A stretch of DNA of 59,374 bases, filler included, from Bipalium vagum (GCA_037834085.1; 3 parts of 3 records of this genome joined end to end with filler, not necessarily neighbours in it), one strand, 5' to 3'; shown: positions 40,109 through 55,078, counted from the first letter of the whole stretch. Numbers and translations: made by a program. Notes: generated by a model from the letters alone, not told the origin.

Positions 40109-40647
40109 ATATTATTATTAATCTTATTATTAATATCAATCATATTATTATTATTAATCTCATCGAATAATTTACATATCGTTTGGTAGTTTGCTCTCTC
40201 CAATACTTCAGTTATCAAAAGAAACATTAAGCCTTTATCGTCAATTTCTAGTGTTCGAATGACGACATTGGCGACTGGTGACACCAGTGGTTTCGTCTAT
40301 TGATATTCAAATTTTCTTACTACTGACTACTTCACATATTCCATCTATTGTTTGATCATAGCAAACTGTGACATACGTCTTTCTCAGATTAGATTTGTAG
40401 AGCATCCCACAAAAAAAGACATTTAACTTGATTGAAATTTGAAAAACATTGTGATATCTTTTATACTCCCTTTCTTTACTTTGATATTTTTGATTGGTCA
40501 AGTAATAAAATAAATGAAAAAAACACCTAGCACTCTATTATTGATATTATTCTTATTATCATTATCATTAATAAATAAAGTATAAAACAAAAAAATAATA
40601 TAATTATAAATAAATATTTTAATTTACTATTTATAGTAAATTATAAA

Positions 40648-40681
<34 letters not shown>

Positions 40682-41501
40682 TTATAAAAATAGAAATGTA
40701 AGGAAAAGAAATTTTATTGTAATAAAAACAAGTGTAACTAATAATAAAATAAATAAGAAGAAATACATATATAATCAACCAAAAATCATAAACTCTTTGA
40801 CCAAAAAACATCAGACAGAACACCAGTTCAAACCCGCGATGAATTCAAAAAATTTCAAAAAGCGTGTGGGCTTTACATCATTGCAGTATAACGCATAGGG
40901 TATAAAAATATTTTTGCGTTCAAATTCAAAGTTGAGCAAAAATACTAGAGACATAAGCAAAAGGTAAAAGCGTAGATCAAAGAGAACAACAAACCAAGAT
41001 CAGAAGTAAAAAGAGCGAGTATATATTTGGAATTTGTGAGAGTGAGGACGTGTACAACTTATCTTAATCTGACTTCTTAAGGTAGTGTACCGATCACAAA
41101 TAAGACAAACAACACAATTTTTGAAACTTTTAGTTCTATTACACTTTTTACAAATTATTAAAAGTGTTTGAAGATTTTTCTAAAATCAAAATATATTTTT
41201 AATTAAAGAAGATATTCAATCTACAGCGGGAAATGTGTAGATGCCCTGAAGTAAAATAACGAATCTGATAACTAGTTTACCAGATCGAATTGCTAGAATA
41301 AAACACAAAAAGAAGAATCCGGATATTTAAATCGAACAAAAACAGAAACGTGAGATTATATTCGCGTTCTGTAAAGTTAATTAATTAATCAATGTGAATG
41401 TGATAATTCACTTACACAGATAATTTCTGCAGTGAGTTATAATAAACTCTATTATTCAAAATACTAATTTTTAGTTATTGTGAGATATATTGAAAATTAG
41501 T

Positions 41502-41574
41502 GGGGAATGTAGCTCAGCGGTCAGAGCATTGCATGCGCATGTGAAGGTCCCGGGTTCGAATCCCGGTATCTCCG
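41502..41574 (+). tRNA. tRNA-Ala(CGC)-like gene or pseudogene with aberrant anticodon arm
   Basis: GGGGAATGTAGCTCAGCGGTCAGAGC...GGTCCCGGGTTCGAATCCCGGTATCTCC. Intact A and B boxes, D and T arms and G3:U70, with a T5 run at 41580-41584. The anticodon loop is 6 nt (TGCGCA) and the acceptor stem has an extra A or a mismatch. Confidence 0.75.
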
Positions 41575-41744
41575 ATTGATTTTCACTAACAGTTATTATA
41601 AACTAATTGTTAGCAATTTTTGAAGGCGAATTTTTATGATTTTCCTTTGGGTATTTATACTAATTTTTATTATGCGTGCCAGCATTCCTACAACTATCAT
41701 TGGTTTATTTTCAAATGACTTCATTTCTCCTCTTTCCTCTCATT

Positions 41745-41798
41745 TGACGTCATCACTCACGCCGCTGTAATCCCCCTCCAAAATCATCACTGACGTCA
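41745..41798. promoter_or_regulatory. Pair of perfect CRE/ATF palindromes
   Basis: TGACGTCA at 41745-41752 and 41791-41798. Confidence 0.35.
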
Positions 41799-41982
41799 TT
41801 TTTTAAAAAATTTTTGTTATTATCATTTGTGTTATTCTTATTATTTTTCATTTTATTTAACATATTTTATTATTATAATAAACTCTCTTTACTATACCAT
41901 TATTATTATATACTCAATAAAAAATAAATAATAAATAACAAACAACAATAAACAATAAATAATAATTATAAACTCAATTAAC

Positions 41983-42016
<34 letters not shown>

Positions 42017-42269
42017 TCTAAATAATAATAATAATAATAAACTATAATAATTATAAACTGAAATAATAAGCTCAAACAAGGAGATCCAGCGATTGGATAA
42101 AACACAAATAGGAACTTTTGTAGCTGGATGAAAGTTATTTTGATAAAAATGAATTAAATTCGGATAATATGTGGGTCACGTTAATGAAGAGAAAATTATA
42201 AAAATATTCAATACTTTAAGATGTTTTCCATCAATTTAATAATGACCAACCCGTGAATTTTAAGAGATC

Positions 42270-42570
42270 AAGTGATTCAGTAACATTCCTATAGTTTGAA
42301 TAAATTCAACGTACTTTGACCCGTACTGAAAATAATAGTTAAATGTCATATGAATAATCAATACTTTGTATTGTTCTTCATTTCTCTTACTTCGGTATAC
42401 AATCAGGTAATATGCACCAAGTGTTCCCCGAAGACCAGTGACAGTAGGGAATTTATTTATCGTTTCCAAATATCATCATAATGGGCTTTAGAAAATCCAT
42501 ATCTCATTTACGATCCTCCTTCAGTTCTTCATGGACGTCCATACCAATCTCTCAATGTGACATGTTGTTT
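42270..42570 (+). mobile_element. Possible Ginger/KRBA2-type integrase remnant
   Basis: Fragments APSV, SDSREF (cf. SDNGREF) and LHGRPY. Heavily decayed. Confidence 0.3.
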
Positions 42571-42826
42571 CAATGGATTTACAAAAATCTACTGGGATTT
42601 TAGGCATCTAAATAGCTTGAACTGGGGAGAAATATACGCTGAGCCTGTTTGTGAGAATTCAAACAGAACTTTGATATTGCGAAGGGTATCATTTCATAAT
42701 TCAATCTTAATTTAAGTAATAAATAATAATAATAAAATAAAAGTAATATATTGTGATATTTAGATTTTTTTATAAAATAGTTTAATAAAGAATTTATGAG
42801 AAACAACAATTCCACCTGATTTTTAA

Positions 42827-42896
<70 letters not shown>

Positions 42897-42996
42897 NNNN
42901 NNNNNNNNNNNNNNNNNNNNNNNNNNNNNNNNNNNNNNNNTTAATTAATTAANNNNNNNNNNNNNNNNNNNNNNNNNNNNNNNNNNNNNNNNNNNN
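42897..42996. other. Assembly gap with artificial linker (44 N + TTAATTAATTAA + 44 N)
   Basis: Same construct as 22828-22927. It abuts an (ATT)n run. Confidence 0.97.
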
Positions 42997-44619
42997 AGAT
43001 TCCACTAAATTTGGTAAGTTAATCGATCATAAATTGATAAAATTCAGATAATAATTGACAAATTATTATAATTAATCAAAAAACAATCGATTTTATAAAA
43101 ATTATAAATATTTTCAAATAATATTAAAATATAAATAGTTAAAACAAAAAATTGTTAATTTTTCAAAAAGAAAAAGTGTATCAAAGTAACATTTTTATAA
43201 TTAAATTACAAACAATTCCGTAAATATTGAAATAGTGTTAAATAATTTTAATTGTTCTATTTTATGTAAATCGACAAAACTTTATTATTGACTTTATATT
43301 TCACTCATATTGTTACACAGAAATGTAATAAATCAACTAAACTTTATAACAAATATTAAAATCAATAATTAATGTTTTTACATAAAACAATTATTGAATC
43401 CTATATTGAATGAATGTATTGGCTAATTATTAACTAAATATTAATAAGAGTTATATTCTTGACTTGTCATTTTAAATAATATTATAAGATCAAAGCACTT
43501 ATAACTTTAGATATTTCAGAAAATCCGATTACTTAAACAAACTTTTTAAAGGTGGATATCACTTCATTTTCTTAATTCATACAAATTTATCGACATTTAT
43601 CGTGCCATTTTTATTTAAAATTTGAACTAAAAATATTTTAAAAACTGTAACTTAAAATATTTATTAATTTTTAAAACATGAAATTATAAACATTTAATAA
43701 TTGTTAATTTCGGTTTGAGGTCCTTATTTTAAAAAATTCAATCAAACTAATTGTTCGAATCGCTCCTTATGGAGAGAAATTTTAAATTTAGAAACATTAG
43801 AAAAATAAATGTATTATGAAAAAATTTATATCTTTAATATAATAAAAAATAAACAAAACTATTAAAAATATATAAAAAATAGTTGATGTGTAAGTGTTAA
43901 TTAAATTAATAAATAAATATAATACATAAATAAAGATGAATAATTAAAGTAAAATAAATTAAAAAATGAAAAATTAACTAATATTATTAAAAATATACAG
44001 AAATCAATGAGACTTAAAATATTAATAATATTATTAATATAAATTATTAAAAATATTTTGAAATTTGAAAAATATTTATTCTTGTGTATAAACTAAGATA
44101 TCCGACCTAATACAGTTTTTATCACAAGATTATCCAAATACTGGGTCAAGAAGACCTTGATCTTTCCAGTAAAACCTTTCTATTCAGAAATTAATAATGA
44201 ACATAAAAAAGTTTGGAAAATATTATCATTTATCAAAAGATTAGAATCTTTGTTATAGAATATAAAATTGGATTTTGGATTTATCTTCATCACTTATAAA
44301 TGATTTAGAAATAATTGAAAACGTAAAATAAAATGAGATTTCTTTTTAATGTTATCAAAATGTACCGATCCCAAATCAATGAACAATTAGCCATCCTTTA
44401 TAGGAATTCTTTTACCGAAAAATTTGGATTTTTTCCAATTAAAATAAATAAATTATTTTTTAAATGTTAGAAATGTAATTATTTGGTGGAACATTCTCTT
44501 AAAAAAATTTCTCTTAAATTTTTTATTATAATATTTGGTAATATAATACTAATAATATATCTTAATTAAATTTCAGTCATGAAATATTTTGACAATAATG
44601 AAAGATTGTCATAATATAA

Positions 44620-45025
44620 ACTTCTGCATGAAAGAGAAATGTTAATGCAAGCAGAGTCATTCAGTTCCTGAAATCTATGATCAAACTCTTCTGAAGGAAA
44701 AATCACCTTTACTCACCCGAAACGTAATTCTTATGTTTGATAATGCTCGACCGCACACTCCTGCTGCCGTAAATTAGTTCCTTGATGATGTTCGAACACG
44801 TCATTCTTGAACACGCTATTCTCCCGATATGAATTTTCAAGACCGCCAAGTGTTCTGAAATTTGAAATGTTCAGACGATATATCAACTTCAAGAACAGAG
44901 AAGGCATTACAAACTGTAGACAATTACATTGCTCAATTCAATGAAGAAAAATTTAATAAAGAATTCATCAAACTTCAGAAAGACTTGAGGAAAAACAATG
45001 ACCTTCAAAGCGACTATTATATATA
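44620..45025 (+). mobile_element. Decayed mariner-like transposase 3' part
   Basis: ILMFDNARPHT, YSPDMNFQDRQVF*NLK, ending in SDYY. Confidence 0.8.
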
Positions 45026-46601
45026 ATATCATTTCTTAAATTTTGTTTATAAATCACTTCTGAAATATCATCACTAAACTTTGTTTCTTTGGCAAATCCT
45101 GTCTTCTTCTTTCTTTAAATAGTAAATATAAAAATCCTATGTAAAATTAACAGTTTTAACTTTAAAAGAGAAAATCATTCTTAAACTATCATTGTTTCAC
45201 ATTACAAAAAATAGTTTCAGATTTATTTATATATCCTTCACAATTTGATAAAAATGGGTATGGGTCTTTGAAAGATCTTCTAAAAACTTTTATGATTCTT
45301 CTTATATTTTCTAATACCCCTTTACTTAGACAACTTTTTATTTTGATTTCTCAGTTTTAATTTGTTTTATATTTTATTTTTTTCATCTAGAATTTAAAAA
45401 GCCATTGTTCCATAACACATTTATTAATGATTTTATAATATTTATTGATTATATTAAAACTATTTCTAATGTGAAAAAACATTTCTTTTGCTAACAATTC
45501 TTTATTTATGAAACAATATATAAAATTCATACGAATAGAAGATTGGGGTAATGGCAACGAATTTTCAAAAAACATTGTTGACTGGATTTTATTGATTTCC
45601 ATTATTTTTGCTCAATGACTGAAAAGATCTCTTTTACCACTTCATCACAACAGGTGCAACGTGAGTTCCATGACAGATTTCCCTTCTTCTTGAATTTCTT
45701 CATGTCGATTTTACTTAGGAAAACCAATAACATTACTTTCAGTTCAAAATGAAGTTAACATTTTTATATAAAAACTAATTAAAATTAATCCAGGTCTTTA
45801 AATTTCCGTTTTCTACATTAATATGTCCTACAGAAATGGAAGAAAGCATTTTCTTTTGAATATAATTAATGTTTTAATATTTATTTTCAAATACCCGCCT
45901 CTTAACAATTCAAAGTAATATTATATTATTATATTATTTATACATCTTTTATGAAAAATATTTTTGATTATTTTATCATTTATTCATCGTTTAGTAATAA
46001 TATTTTAATTTAATACTTTTCATAATATTTTATTATTTTAATGAATATTATTCTGTTGTTTTATTATTATTGAACATAACAGATAAATCTTTTGTACTTA
46101 AATATATTAACTGGTCACCTATCTTTGTCACCTATGGTTTGTATATTTCCTTTCTCATTTCAGAGATAATTACAAAGATCATAAAGTAAAACATTGGTGG
46201 CAAGAAAATATACATCAAATGAGACCATATATTCATTATTGTATTTTTCCAAACCGATTTATCTGGGTCTAAGATTAGAGAGTAAATTTCATCTTATCTC
46301 TGTTGATCATTAATGGTTTCAGTAATTAACACTTTGGTAACTTTATATTGGACAACATTTATATAGTAGTATTACATAAATTTTATCTGTTAAGTTTGGT
46401 ATTAAGTCTATGCATTTTATACTTTATAATTTCATATTCGGAGGGTTTTCTTTAATTGAGATGTATACGTTGTTGAATTTAGGTTTTTTTTTCTCTTATT
46501 TAATTCTCGTAGAATTAGGGTTCGAGTTTCATTTTATTAAACAAAAGTACAAATAAAAAACCTAGGCAATTTTAAATAACGTTATACATAAATATGTTTA
46601 G

Positions 46602-46690
46602 GCTTACATCAATGACACTTTGCCAACGATCAGAGAGTCGCTGAACGCCCTGATATAGTCCATTTTCTGTGCCTTCCGTTAAAGCTTGCC
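46602..46690 (-). mobile_element. Mariner transposase C-terminal fragment
   Basis: GLYQGVQRLSDRWQSVIDV. Confidence 0.55.
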
Positions 46691-49600
46691 TGTGGTGCCT
46701 TTTACAATCTAACCGATCTGCATGTTAATACTTTACCACAAATGAAATTCAATATTTGAAACATTGTTTCAAATTTATTTAACCTGATCACAAATATGAT
46801 AATTCCCTCTTGTTTGTAATTCAGTTTTCCTTTTCCACTAATATATGATAATATAACAAAAAAGATTATTGGTAAATATTTACCTTAAAGAATTTTTTAT
46901 TTTTAAGAAATTTTTATCTATTGATTTTACATTATATATAATCTACGCATCATTAACTATTGCTAAAATAATAATTTTCATAAAAATAAAAGTTCCTTAA
47001 AATAAATACTTTCCAAATTTTTTTGTAAACCTTTTTACGCAATAGTTTATTAAATTGAGATCGTTATGAAATTCGTTGTGGCCTAAGAAAAATCCTTCTT
47101 AATGAACTCTTCATAAGACATGTTTTAATAAATATTACTGTCGAAACATTTGCGTGGAACATCAATAATAAAATAATAATATCACATTATCAATTGACAG
47201 AGGAAAGAAGAAGTGGCTGATAAGTGACACTTGGTGACAATTTTATTGTACAAATTAATATATATTGCATTCTATCGAAGTGTCTGACATTGACTTTTGT
47301 TTTATTAATGTCTTCATGAAATAATAATTAATAATTATTCTGTTCTACAAATTATCAGCCATATTTTTACTTGATTAACATTTTGCACCATCTAACTTAA
47401 TGTTTAAGAAACATAATAAAAAATTCAAATTAAAAAAATATTGGTTTCTTTTTAAAGAAAATGACATCATCCTCACTAAACGTTTTTATTATTCGGGATC
47501 AATTTGTGAAAATATTTTTACAAAAATTTTATCACATTTTTCAAAGTTTATCACATATTTTTAATAACATTTCCTTCTCTGTCATTATTGTTTGTTTAAA
47601 TTAATAAACGATAATACTTTAATTGACTGGAATAGTTTTAAATAATTGATCAAAAGAAATTGAACTCGACCGCTGTATTAGGACAACGATCTGTTAGGAA
47701 AGCATAAAACCACTCCATGGACAGATTTCTTATGCATTAATGTAAGAGCAGATACCAAGTGTTATTCGGAAAAGGGATACATTAAGTGGCAATTCTGACT
47801 GATATTCAGATAAATATAAAGATAAAAAAATTGTATCCCAAAGAAAAAATAACAATAATATTAAAATCATTTTCCGTATTATGAAAAAAAGTATTATTAC
47901 TGAATTATTATTTGTAGGATTAAAAGTAAAATTAGGCAGGCTGGTGGGAATGTTTAAGGAATCTAGTTCTCTGAAAATAACAAACGAAACCAAAAATATA
48001 TAATTTATTTTTCAAAATAATCGCCTTTAAAGTCAGCACAATTTTGCCTGAGAACGATCCAATTTATCCATTCTGATATTGAAATTTCAGCTATCAATAC
48101 ATCGAATTTTGTATTATTTGCTTCAGGGGACGAAGTATTTCCCGTGTAATTTCTTTTTGGTGATTGGTAAAGAAGTAAAAAGTTGACAATTCAGACGAAT
48201 ATGGGTTATACGTTATTAATTCTACCTTTTTATTGACTGCGAAAATCGATGGTTTGACAAATGATTTTAATATTATTGGTGTTATTTCTTTGGAATAAAT
48301 CAATTTTTTATCTTTATATTTATCTGAATTTCAGTCAGAATTTCCACTTAATATATCCCCTTTCCATATAAAAAATTGGTATCTGCTTTTAAATTAAGAA
48401 ATATGTCTATGGAGTAGTTTAATGCTTTCTTTACAGATCTTTGAAGTATGTTTGATGATAATGAATAAGTTTTCGATTTCATTTGTTCTCTCTTATTTTG
48501 GAAATCTTATAATCATTGAGGCGTCGTTATAAAACAATAATTCCCATCTTCATTTCAAAATCATGTCTTTTAAATCATTTTTAAAAATATAAACCATAAA
48601 TTAAAGTTACTACTGTTGTTATTTCAGAAACTCTGGTTTCAAGAGCCCTGTTCACTTGAGGTTTTAACTTTTCAATGTCTACTAACTTCTTTTTCTCTAA
48701 ATATTTTTTTTCTTGGTCTGCATTATTTTTTTGAACTTCTTTTGTTTCTTATACGCCAGTTGATTATCCATTATCCACTTCTCCAACTGCAGCTAATACA
48801 GTAATTATTGCTACTAATAATAGAATTAATGTCATAATTCCTTCTTTATAAATCTTTCTAACGAACATTTTTTAAGAAATTTTCTTTTTATTTTTATATC
48901 ATTTTTCAATTTCTCAAAATATTCTGTATTTTCTCTTACTGTTCGTACTATTTTTGAAGAATTAAGTAAACGCTACACATAAAAGTTTTTGACTAATGAA
49001 GATAAAGATGAATATTGATTTATTTGAGAATTCGATAATTTGAGATTTTTTCGTATATATAATGATTTCCAAAAATTGAGAAACTTAAGGCACATTATAA
49101 TAAAATCCAAATTTTAAGTAAAATCGCATTGAAATAAGCTCTAATAAAAGAAATCAATCAGAATCAGGACAGTTTTTTACACAATTTTTCACTTTTTATG
49201 TAATTTTTTTAATTTAAATTAAAAGAAGAATTATATTCTGAAACGATAGACACTTGTTAAAGTTAATATGAAATTGAAAGATATATTGAAATGCTTTTTC
49301 ATACATTCTAAAAGAAAAAACATTAATATGTCAGTAATAACTATTTACTTTTAATAATAATTATTTTCATAAACTGCTTTTCTGTAATTTATGAGGTTCT
49401 ACTTCTCATTTGTCTTCTTTCATACTAAAGGAAGCTTCTTTGAAGGTCATTTTCATAAAGCACACCTAAAATTATTTCCTAAAATTACTTCCATAAATTA
49501 AATCTATATTTAGAATTGAATTTGAAAATTTAAAATTTGTACTCGTCAATTATTTTAATTTTATAAATTTCATTTATCCATTTTGCAGTATATCCTTGAT

Positions 49601-51679
49601 CAAATTGTTTTAATAGTTAAAAATACTTACTTTAACTCCAAAAAAAAATATTTTAGTTTTAATTTTAAAATGAAAATATTAACATTATCTTTATTATCAT
49701 TATATTCTTAAAATATTTTTAATTAAATTTGAAGAAAAATATAAAATAAAACATGTATAATTTAGCATTCTTAAAATTCAGACAGCTTTCTGAAGTGACT
49801 TCATTTTTGCGAAGACAATAAAACTCAAATAATAAACTTTATTTGATATTATTTAGTACTGTGATATGTACGGATTTTGAATATTTTGAATTGAAACTAG
49901 AGAACTATTTAGCGGATTCTTCATAACTATTAATAATCTAAACAGAATTCACAGGTTATTGAATATTTTTTTTAATTTCTTCAATGAATATTTATTAATA
50001 GAAATACCAAATTTACCAAACTGAAAAATATTTCGTATTTCAATTTTAGAACTTCTGTTGGATTTTTGATAAATATCTAATTTTTGAAAAATGTTAATTA
50101 TTAATTTAACATTGTCATTTCTCATTTCAAAACCACAAATCTAAACGATTTTATTTATATTTTGCAATATATTTATATTTGCTTATTCATATATATGCAA
50201 ATGTCTGAAGTAATATGCAAATAAATATTTTTTTGACAATATTTCCTGACTCACTTACTTTTATTCCTTAAAGTTTTCAATTTTTGAAAATATTGCTTGC
50301 AATAAAAATAATAAATTATTTTAAAAATAATAATAATAATACAAAGAGGAAGAAAAAGAAAAAGTATTTTCATAAAAATTGAGCTTTATGATCATTAAGT
50401 TCAGATCCTAATTTTTCAGTGAAAAACTATTTATTTTGAAAATTTAAATTATTAAATATTATAATATATATCCACTGACGAATGTGAATTGTTATTTATT
50501 ATCATCTCTTATTATTACTAATTACCCCTTGTGCAGAAGATGTAGTGTAATTTCAGTAATAAATCAATAACTTGATTAAAGGATATTTTGGTATAATATA
50601 TAAGCAAGGTGTTTCCATCCTTGTTGATATTGTTTTTGGTTAAATTGAGATTTTTTTAAAAGATTTTCTCTATTTTGCCATTTTTTACGTTTTCACACTT
50701 TCCCTCATAAATCAAGTTCAATAGTTAATAAAAACTTTATTAACTTTATATTAATATGTTCATTAAAATTGAAACCAATTACAAAATTATTAATGTAATG
50801 TTATTAAATAGATTAGCAAAATTTAAAGAAACGGAATAAATTATTGCACAAAAAATTGATAATAATGGAGAATAATTCTTTAAAACATGACTTATCACAA
50901 GCATTGAACTACAGGGCATTGAAACTCTTGTTTGATATATTTCTGAAAAGTGAAAAAATTATGAATACAGTGAAAAAATATATATATATATAAGATTTTT
51001 TGTTGGATATTTTTAATATTTTGGAATTTAAAAAAGCGCTATTTTTATAAACATCCTATATTTATATCATAGAATTTTTCAGAATATAATCGATAGTTTG
51101 CAAAGGTTTTAATAAAAATTGATAATATCTTTTTGGATCAAAAATACGATGTAACATTCAATATTTATACGACTATTTTTAAACGTTCGTTCTAAAAAGG
51201 TAACAGTCTAAATTTTATTTTTTCCAAAAAATTATTATTAATTAAATTAAAAAGTTTACCAATAAAAGTTGAGATATCAATTTTGCTCAAATTATTAATT
51301 ATTTATTTGCCTAATTTAAAAAATTTAGTTTTATCCAGTTTTCGCTTGTTTTTAATTTGTTTTAATTTTTCTTGATAAATATATTAAAAATTTAATTAGC
51401 TTATTTAATATTTAATAACTTATAATTCCAGAAAAAATTTATTATTGTTAATATTATAATATTATAATATTATTATTATATTATATTATTATTATATTAT
51501 ATTATTATTTTATTGTTATGAAATTACTTTTAAATACATGTTTAGTTTTTGAATTATATTAATAAAATTCTGTAATTTATTATTTTTTTATAATTTTATT
51601 ATTATTTAAGTTTATGGAGAGATTTACATAAAATTTCTGAATCACTTCATTAACATAAACTTTACTTAAGTATATTAAT

Positions 51680-51825
51680 TTCCTTCAAGCTTGCTTGAAA
51701 GATGGAAGCAGATAGTGACAAACGGTGTTCAATACTTCAAACAAAAAATATGTGCTTTTTTGAAATAATTATTTATTTTATTTTTTTCTGAAAAAAATCC
51801 GGAAATTAATTCAGACGCATAATAA
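51680..51825 (+). mobile_element. Mariner 3' fragment with TIR-like end, in an innexin intron or upstream region
   Basis: KLLERWKQIVTNGVQYFK followed by aaatccggaaattaattcagacgcataata. Confidence 0.6.
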
Positions 51826-52078
51826 TAACAAAATCTACAGATCGGATTGCATTAGGTAATTGTTAAGACAATCAGTGCAACTTCGTAAGAAAGTTTTAAT
51901 AAGAGTTTTAATATGTGCTCAATTAAAAAAATTTAACCTAAAAAGAAAAGTCTCTTGATTTATATTATCAACAAAAATTTGAAATATCAAATGAAAATCA
52001 AATATTATTTCAGTCTTATTCTTTTCAGTATTATTTTGAAAGTATTCAAATCTGAAATCGTGTTACTATCATTTTAAG

Positions 52079-55078
52079 GTAAACCAATCCAGTGTTGGGT
52101 TCCACAGGAGTTCACTCATGCTTGGGAAGATTATTTGGAACATATGTGTTGGGTACAGAATACCTATTTTCTACCTTCATCACAACCTGTACCGGTCACT
52201 GATCTAGAAATATTAGACCAAAAGCATGTAACATATTACCAGTGGGTTACAATATTCCTTGGACTGCAGATTGTTTTGTCTTATTTACCACATCTGTTTT
52301 GGCAGATTGGTTCTCAAAGATTTCCAATGCTATTGCACAGTGCAAGAGAAGCTACCCTTCCTCACAAAGATTTGAGAAAAAAAGCAATTTCCATTCTAGC
52401 AGCATCCATTGAAGAGCAAGCAGAATTTTCAGCTAGATTCCAACGTATTAATTCGCCAATATATAATTTTTTATGCAGTATTGCCCCAAATTCCCGTAAT
52501 ACGACAATATTCTTTGTCAGTCGTGTATTGAGTATTGGAAATTCAGTAGGTCAGATTTACTTGATGCAGACCTATCTTGGATATAAACACCCTTTTTTCG
52601 GAATTCAAATTCTGAGAAGTGTTACATCAGGCCATGACTGGAAACAGTCTGGATATTTTCCCCGGGTGACATACTGTCGCGTTCTTATTAGGCGATGGGG
52701 TGTAAATGAGGCCAGGTAAGAATTGTCACAAAATCTAAATAGCTTCTAGTGTATTTAATCAGCCATATTATTGGTAATATATAAAAATCTACCAGATAAA
52801 ATAACATTTTCAGAATTTCAGATATGTCATAAAAGTTTTATTTAATATGAAATTAAAAAATGTTATTTTATCAGATTGTTTCTTTTAATTATATGTTTCT
52901 TTGTCAGAAGGAAAATATTTTTCAATTCTGTAAAAATCTAACATAATCAAGTGGATTTTGATTTTCAATTTATTATCGCAATTTTAAGACTCATTACTTT
53001 TGAAAAATCGAAATTAGTATTTTTATTAATAACATGTGTTCAACATATAATGATACTGTCCCTTTTATGTCTGATGAAACTAAATAATTATATTTTATCC
53101 AAATCTAAAGAGGATTAACTGAAAGATTTGTCATATAGTACCAGTATAGTGCAGTATAATACAATATTTTAAGTTCAATTTATTTTTAAAAATTTGAAAT
53201 TTAAACATGAGTATCCTTATATGTTGAACACTCGTTAATATGTGAGGTATGGATAATAAATTTGTTTATTAGATTTATATCCAATACCTTGTGTAACGAG
53301 AATACAAGGAAAGGATTATATTTAAATGAATTTGTAAATATTAATATCTAAAGTTTGTTTAAATTGGTTAAATGTCCCAAAAATTTTAAACCAAAATATG
53401 AATTCTATATCTAAGATCATTTAGATTTTGCTATAAAAAGAAAAACTGGAACAGGAAATTATCTATTGGTAAAAACTTAAAATAAAGAAAAATAATTAAA
53501 ATCAATAGTCAAATAAGACTCGAGAGGAAAACTTTTAAAAATGAGACGAACATTATGTTTGATAAAACTAATTATAGGAATCTTTTTCATACACTATTGA
53601 TGGAAAACAAGAAAGAAAATTGAAATTTTTTACATAGCACTTTTTGACATCTAATTTTAATTAATTACGAAAATTAAATATCGTGTGATATCCTTAAACA
53701 CAGGAAATCATACAAAATTGAAGGTGAATCATCAACATCAATAATACAAAGAGAGACACACGGAAGAGAGGTAATTTTTTGTGATTGGTGATAAAAAAAA
53801 AGATCAGTATACTTTAGAAATGATCGGAGGGTGTAAATAGTGATTAATATTACAACAATTAATACATGCTAAGATACACTCAGAGACAATTAATTTCTAT
53901 TTAAAATATATTTGACTAACAGTGAGACATTGAGAAGTAACGGTTTCATTTATATTCACCTTACTCTCCAGATATTGTATTATCTGATTTCTACTGATAT
54001 TAGGAAATTGCTTCAAAAAATAGTGGAATTCATTCGTTTCTTGAGAGACTTTAAGGCTGTATCATCCAACATAAAAATAAGTAAAATAAATAAAATTAAC
54101 GAATTACAACCTAAAGAATAAAATAATAATTAGTTATATATAAATCATAAATATGCTGTTAATAATTGAGACTGATAAAGTTTTAATAATCTTTAGCTTT
54201 TTGAAATTTATTATTTATTATTAATATTTATAGTTGTTCTCGAATATGAAAAACTGGTAACTGGTAACTTTAGATTTGATGAAGATTAACACAATGACAT
54301 CTTTTCTTCACCTCTACTATTAAAATTAAAATTACAATGATTATAATAACCTCTCTTTTATACTATTAGTCATAATATTATTTGTATTATACTATTATTA
54401 TTATTTTATTTTTAATATAATAAAATAATTCAAGAATAAAATATTTGAGATGAAGTCCTTTGTGATTCTTTTTAGCTCATTGTATCTCAGCGTTTTAAGT
54501 TTCTTTTAGAAAAAAAACATTTTTAAATTTCTGAAATGTAAATAAAATAAAATGATTTCCTTTTATTTTCAATAACATTTTTCAAATCTCATTTATTTTT
54601 ATGCCACTATTTATAAATATAATAATAAAAGATATTTGTATATTATTATAAATTTTATTTCAGCTATACAGTCCAATGTGTCCTGTCTTTAAATTATTTT
54701 CTGGAAAAAGTTTATGTCTTCCTTTGGTTCTGGTTTTGCAGTTTGGCCTGTTTGACTTTCTGTAATACATTAATCTGGGCCATGAATCTATGTATTCCTT
54801 TTCGAAGAACTCAGTTTATAACACAATATTTACGTGCCCTTAAGCAAGTTTCGTCAAATGATGAAAAAGACTGTGATAAATTTGTCAAAAATGTGTTAGG
54901 TGTCGACGGTGTTCTTTTACTGAGGGCAGTCTCTTCCGCCGCTAGTGACCTTATAGCATTAGATGTGTCCGCCAAGCTATGGACGAAATATAAACGTTCC
55001 CGGTTCACGGGAACGGAAGACAATCTATCCAGATTTGTAGAACATTTACACCAATCTTCTGGAATTGCAATTGTTTAA
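52079..55078 (+). CDS. Innexin (gap junction protein), last two exons; first exon not located
   Basis: Exon 52079-52715 encodes GKPIQCWVPQEFTHAWEDY.EHMCWVQNTYF, YYQWV, PHLFWQ, WKQSGYFPRVTYC. Exon 54664-55078 encodes YTVQCVLSLNYFLEKVYVFLWFWF, LGVDGVLLLR. Splice phase 2 matches. Confidence 0.95.
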
